From Squalus acanthias (Eukaryota), in the NCBI GenBank assembly GCA_030390025.1, contig CM059431.1, forward strand, positions 123,630,001 through 123,694,000: DNA of 64,000 nucleotides, read 5' to 3'. This document shows, piece after piece, positions 59,901-64,000 of the stretch (within the stretch, counting starts at the first letter, position 1; every line of letters begins with the position of its first letter). The notes under the pieces are model-generated. The model did not search any database. It was given only the letters and a program-made list of their open reading frames with translations, and had not been told where the DNA came from. The translations under genes were made by a program, and so were the position numbers.

Positions 59901-62900
59901 AAATACAAGTATTTGTAGTTAATTTAAAAAAAAATACTTTACAAGTTGTTTCCCAGCTGTAGAAATCTGTGCTTAAACTCTCCAGAATCTTCAGCCTCCT
60001 CACTTTTACCTTGATCATGTGTTCCTGGCAGCTGCGGTGCCCCATATATCTCAGTCTGATTCACTCAGTGTGCAATAGCAATGCAAACTCAGGAAAATTG
60101 CAGTATAGAGAGGGAGCAGGAGAGTGGGATTAGATTAGGTGGCTCATGTGTAGAAAGTACTGGCACAGACTTGATGAACTGAATGGAATGTATTATTGTA
60201 AATGTGTTGCCCTTGGGATATTGTTGTCGATGCACTTCCTAGTGGCCAGTTGTCCAGTTGTAGAGCAGCACCAACATATCTCCAACCTGTTTTCTCATCC
60301 ACGATAAAACAAATCTCCACAGTGAACAATATTTATGCCATTTCTCAGGGGTTTCTATGACTCTTTTGCCAAAGTTTAAAATTTAAGCTTAGCATTTTTA
60401 GGCTCCTCAAAGACTTAAATGTTGGCCTGGATTTTGCAATCAGTGGCGAAGGAATGGCGCTCGCTGTTGACCTTGAAAAAAGCTTCCCACAAAGTTTTAG
60501 TGGGCTCTAGAGACTTCCTGTATTCTGCCGTCAGTTTGAATTTGGCACCTTCTACAGGGGATCTGTGATGTCCAGGAACAGAACAGGCAGCAGGCAGGCT
60601 GATCAACCAATCAGATTGAAGAATTCTTACAGACGGCAAAGCTGGAAGTAAAAAGCAGGGAATATAAATCACAATTAAATCATTGTACAGAAAGCAAAAT
60701 AAAGATTGGGACATACACATGGGATTAAGGGAGAAACTAAGATATCAAAACACAATCTTTAAAAAATTAAATATTTTTTTTTAACTCTGCAATTTTTAAA
60801 TTTTCTTCTGAGGGAATGAGACTCCACACTTGTCAAATTAGTTGTTCAGGGCCAGAAGGTTGTTCAGCAGTAATTATGACTTAATACACCATTAAAAACA
60901 AAGTGATTAAATAGGCTTGACTTTTCCATCGGTCTTTACTGTCAGAATAGTGGGTAATTAATTTACCTTCACACCAAATCAGTGATTTCTGTGTTAATTC
61001 CATCTGTGAAGACTGCAACAGTGTACCCTGTGGAGGAGCAGGATATTTCTGACAGCAACATCTGGATTTGCGCGTTTAACTGTGCATGTGTGGACGAAGG
61101 GAATTGCTTTCAGTTTTACCCAGTAATAACAGCGAGCACTGACAGCCTTGCCATTATTACTACCACAAATAGCGGGCTGATGACATTACAAATGGACTTG
61201 AAAACAAATTCTCCAAGTAGAATCTTCAAAATTACTGATATAAATCATTGTAAACTATAATAAATTACCTTAGACAAATTGAATAATCAACGAAGTGAAC
61301 AAATTGAGCAGGGCTCTTAAGTATAGTCCACCTAGAAATCCTGGTCATATGCAAACCAATTTCAGAGTGATTATTTTATATAAGCTTGGAAAATAATTTT
61401 GTTGACATTACATCCGACACCTTAATTTGAAGTTCTTCGCTCTGCTATTTTAACAAAGTTGTTAATCTGTTTATAGGAAACTCTAGACATAAAGCAGCAG
61501 AGCCTCATCCAATTTCCTGAGGTGTAGATGCTCAGAAAGGAGAATGTTTAGCCGAGCCCCTTCCATTAATACAGGTTACTTTAAAATAAATGGGTTAACA
61601 CTTGTGCTAAAATAGCAATAAAGAATTTCAGGCAAAAGCATTAAGACTTCAATTTTAACCTCCTCGCCCAGCGAGAATGCTGCATGGGAAGGGGTTAAGA
61701 TTAGGCCGAGTCCACTTACTGAGGCCGCTTTGTTCCTGCCCAGCGCCATTTCATCTTCGCCGACTTTCAAGTCGGCCGAGGCTCCCACTACAGGCAGGCG
61801 GGGGAGTCTACTTTAAATTCAAAAGTCACGGCCCAATTTTAACGTTGTGTCAGGGGGAGTCCACTGTGTGGAACCCGGCAGCTGAACCACGGCGGGAGGC
61901 GCGGACTGGCCAGAAGAGACCTAGATAAGTTTATGCAAAATTACATTTGGCAGAATTCCTTGTGCACCAGGAGGAGCAGGAGTGCTCCCTCCAGGCCTCG
62001 CAAGGGATATTCGGGCCTCCTCAGTCCCGGCCTTGCCTCTCCCTCTGGCATGATGGCATTGGCTGCAGAAGCCCTTGCCTGGAATTAAGGAAGAGAAAAT
62101 TGGCATGGGGTATTGCCCCTGATCTCTATATAGTGTTGTCTAGATAAACACTAAATCCTGCATAATACACCAAATGTATTGGAAGTATATTAAAACATCC
62201 AAATCTGTAACCTATATTAGTGGAAGGATATCAGATGAACTTTCTCCCTTTCCTGACATGTACACATTAGAAAATTAGATCAGGCTGATCTATTTTATGT
62301 TTTGAGATTCATATAGGATGACTAAATTCACTAACTCCAGATTCCCCTACATAACCCAGCCCAAATGATACCAATGATTAAGGAAAACAGATCAGTCAAC
62401 AGCAGGACCACAGTACCAGGCTAAGTGGAGTGCAAATTAACTCTTGTTTGCCAGAGACATCAAAGAATGAGGTGGACATAGCAATGCATTACTAATACTA
62501 CTTCGTTTAACTATAATTGCAAGGATATGGTCAATGCTATTACAAGGTTAATTGAATATTCAATGTAAATCAACAGAATCTGAATCATTGTAAGCACAAC
62601 AGCAGCTTAATTATAACCATCACAATATCTCAGCATGAGCTGAGTTTTGCTTAGTAACAATATAACAGCATAATATGGTCGGTGTCCAAAAGTACTGTAC
62701 AGCCTTATGAGTCGAAGTTCAAAGTTCAAATATATTAAGTATATCATCGGTAAACCTCCAGTATTAAGACTGTCTCTTGGTGACATAAGCATTAAATCAT
62801 AGAACGTCTCCTTAAGTAATAGACTGTAGAGTCTGCCAGTGCAGCTCTCCAGTGATGCTCTGGGGTCACTTATAGGACATCTCTGTAGCAAGTCTCATCA

Positions 62901-63074
62901 TCATCTTTAGTCATCTTCTTTCTTCCTAATTTAGCTAACCCAGCATGTATTGTAATTTCCTTGGTGGACTGTTATACTGAACTGTGCCTAGTGCTTAAAT
63001 ATGGGCTATTAACTCTTTGAGCTCTTAAAAGGTCTTGCTGCTTCCAAGAACCTTTTTGTAAACCTTCCATGTAC

Positions 63075-64000
63075 TGTAGGGGGTGGTGTGGTAGGGGTCA
63101 GCCTCACCTCTGACTTAGTGAGCAGTTCGAATCGCTCCCACGCCCCTGGTTCTAGACCTTGGACTTATTTGGGGGTTGTGAACAAAGATGCAGTAGACAA
63201 CAGGTTTGGATGAAAGAGTTTTGACTTTTATTAAAAGAAAAAGGTAACAAACTTAAAACACACATAACACTTAAACAGGTTGGGGAACACATGGTACAGG
63301 CGAGGGAGAATGACAATATACCAAAAAAAACTTATCCCTCCCAAAAATCCCACTATCTAGCTAAGTTTTGATTTCAGGAGATCAGGGATAATGCTCACCA
63401 AACAGGGGTTTTGACAGTTCGAAATCCACCCAGGTAAGTTGATTGCGATTTTGGGGTACTCTCTTTTTGCCCTTTGGGGCCTGCCGTCCCCACATGGTAC
63501 GGGTCTGTGGAATCTGTGAGGGCTCCTCAGTCGGGTGGAGTCCACAGATGCGGTAGGGCGCGGTTGTGGAATTATCAGGTAAGTACCCGATTTCTTTGCT
63601 TTTAGCTGTAGGTTTAGAGTCTTTGCATGCAAGTCTTACCCAGGGGTAAGCCAGGAGTAGCTGTAGGGTTGGCGATTCTTTGTGTTTCCCCTGGTTGGCT
63701 GATTTAGGTCGTGGTTGCCTGGTGGTTTATCGTTGCGCGGGGCCTTGGTCCCCGCGGTACCTTTGAATGGCGGTCTACCTCGTGGAGCCAATGGTGGCTC
63801 TGGCAGTTGATTTGTTGCATTGGAGGCCTGTCGGGGCTGGACCGTGTGCTGAGCGATGCCGACTCGCTCCCAGTGGTCTCAGCTCTAGCCCTTGCCTGGC
63901 CTTGTCTGTCGCTGCCTCTGATCTCACCCCGGGTCTGCCTCGTGGCCTTGCTGCTTCTCTCCTCCTCCTGCTCGTGTCGTGTAGCCCTCTGTAGCTGTGA
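63075..64000 (-). mobile_element. LTR of the second family on the minus strand (extends beyond window)
   Basis: Reverse complement ends ..CCCCCTACA at 63075; carries GGTGAGCAT, AATAAA and the U5 hairpin; ~90% identical to 340-681. Confidence 0.75.

Noticed and set aside
1..64000. CRISPR arrays, rRNA, prokaryotic operons
   Set aside because: No regularly spaced repeat-spacer arrays or rRNA motifs; the sequence is vertebrate repeat-rich DNA.

Overview
Repeat-rich vertebrate genomic DNA, most likely from a cartilaginous fish (inferred from the Deu-SINE, CR1, L2, RTE, Penelope and Harbinger content; not verified). No complete host gene is visible. The centrepiece is a young, almost intact 12.65-kb endogenous retrovirus-like provirus (39004-51655). 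It has two 1623-bp LTRs with about 6 substitutions by manual comparison, a 4-bp TSD, an 18/18 tRNA-Arg PBS, gag, a pol reached by UGA-CUAG readthrough (PR-RT-tether RNase H-RNase H-IN, one nonsense codon), and an intact env. That env is an Ig-like domain fused to a paramyxo/pneumovirus-F-like class I fusion protein, which fits the lokiretrovirus lineage. The gag ATG overlaps the PBS, so there is no PBS-to-gag leader. Instead the LTR carries a very long R region with a splice donor and a highly structured U5. A second, divergent LTR family at both window ends (1-681 and 63075-64000) conserves the same splice donor, poly(A) signal and U5 hairpin, with base covariation in the hairpin. The provirus sits in a dead Harbinger transposase and lies about 1.8 kb upstream of a candidate CpG/CCAAT host promoter. 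A Penelope fragment carries a minimal hammerhead ribozyme. All calls were made by eye with no database searches.
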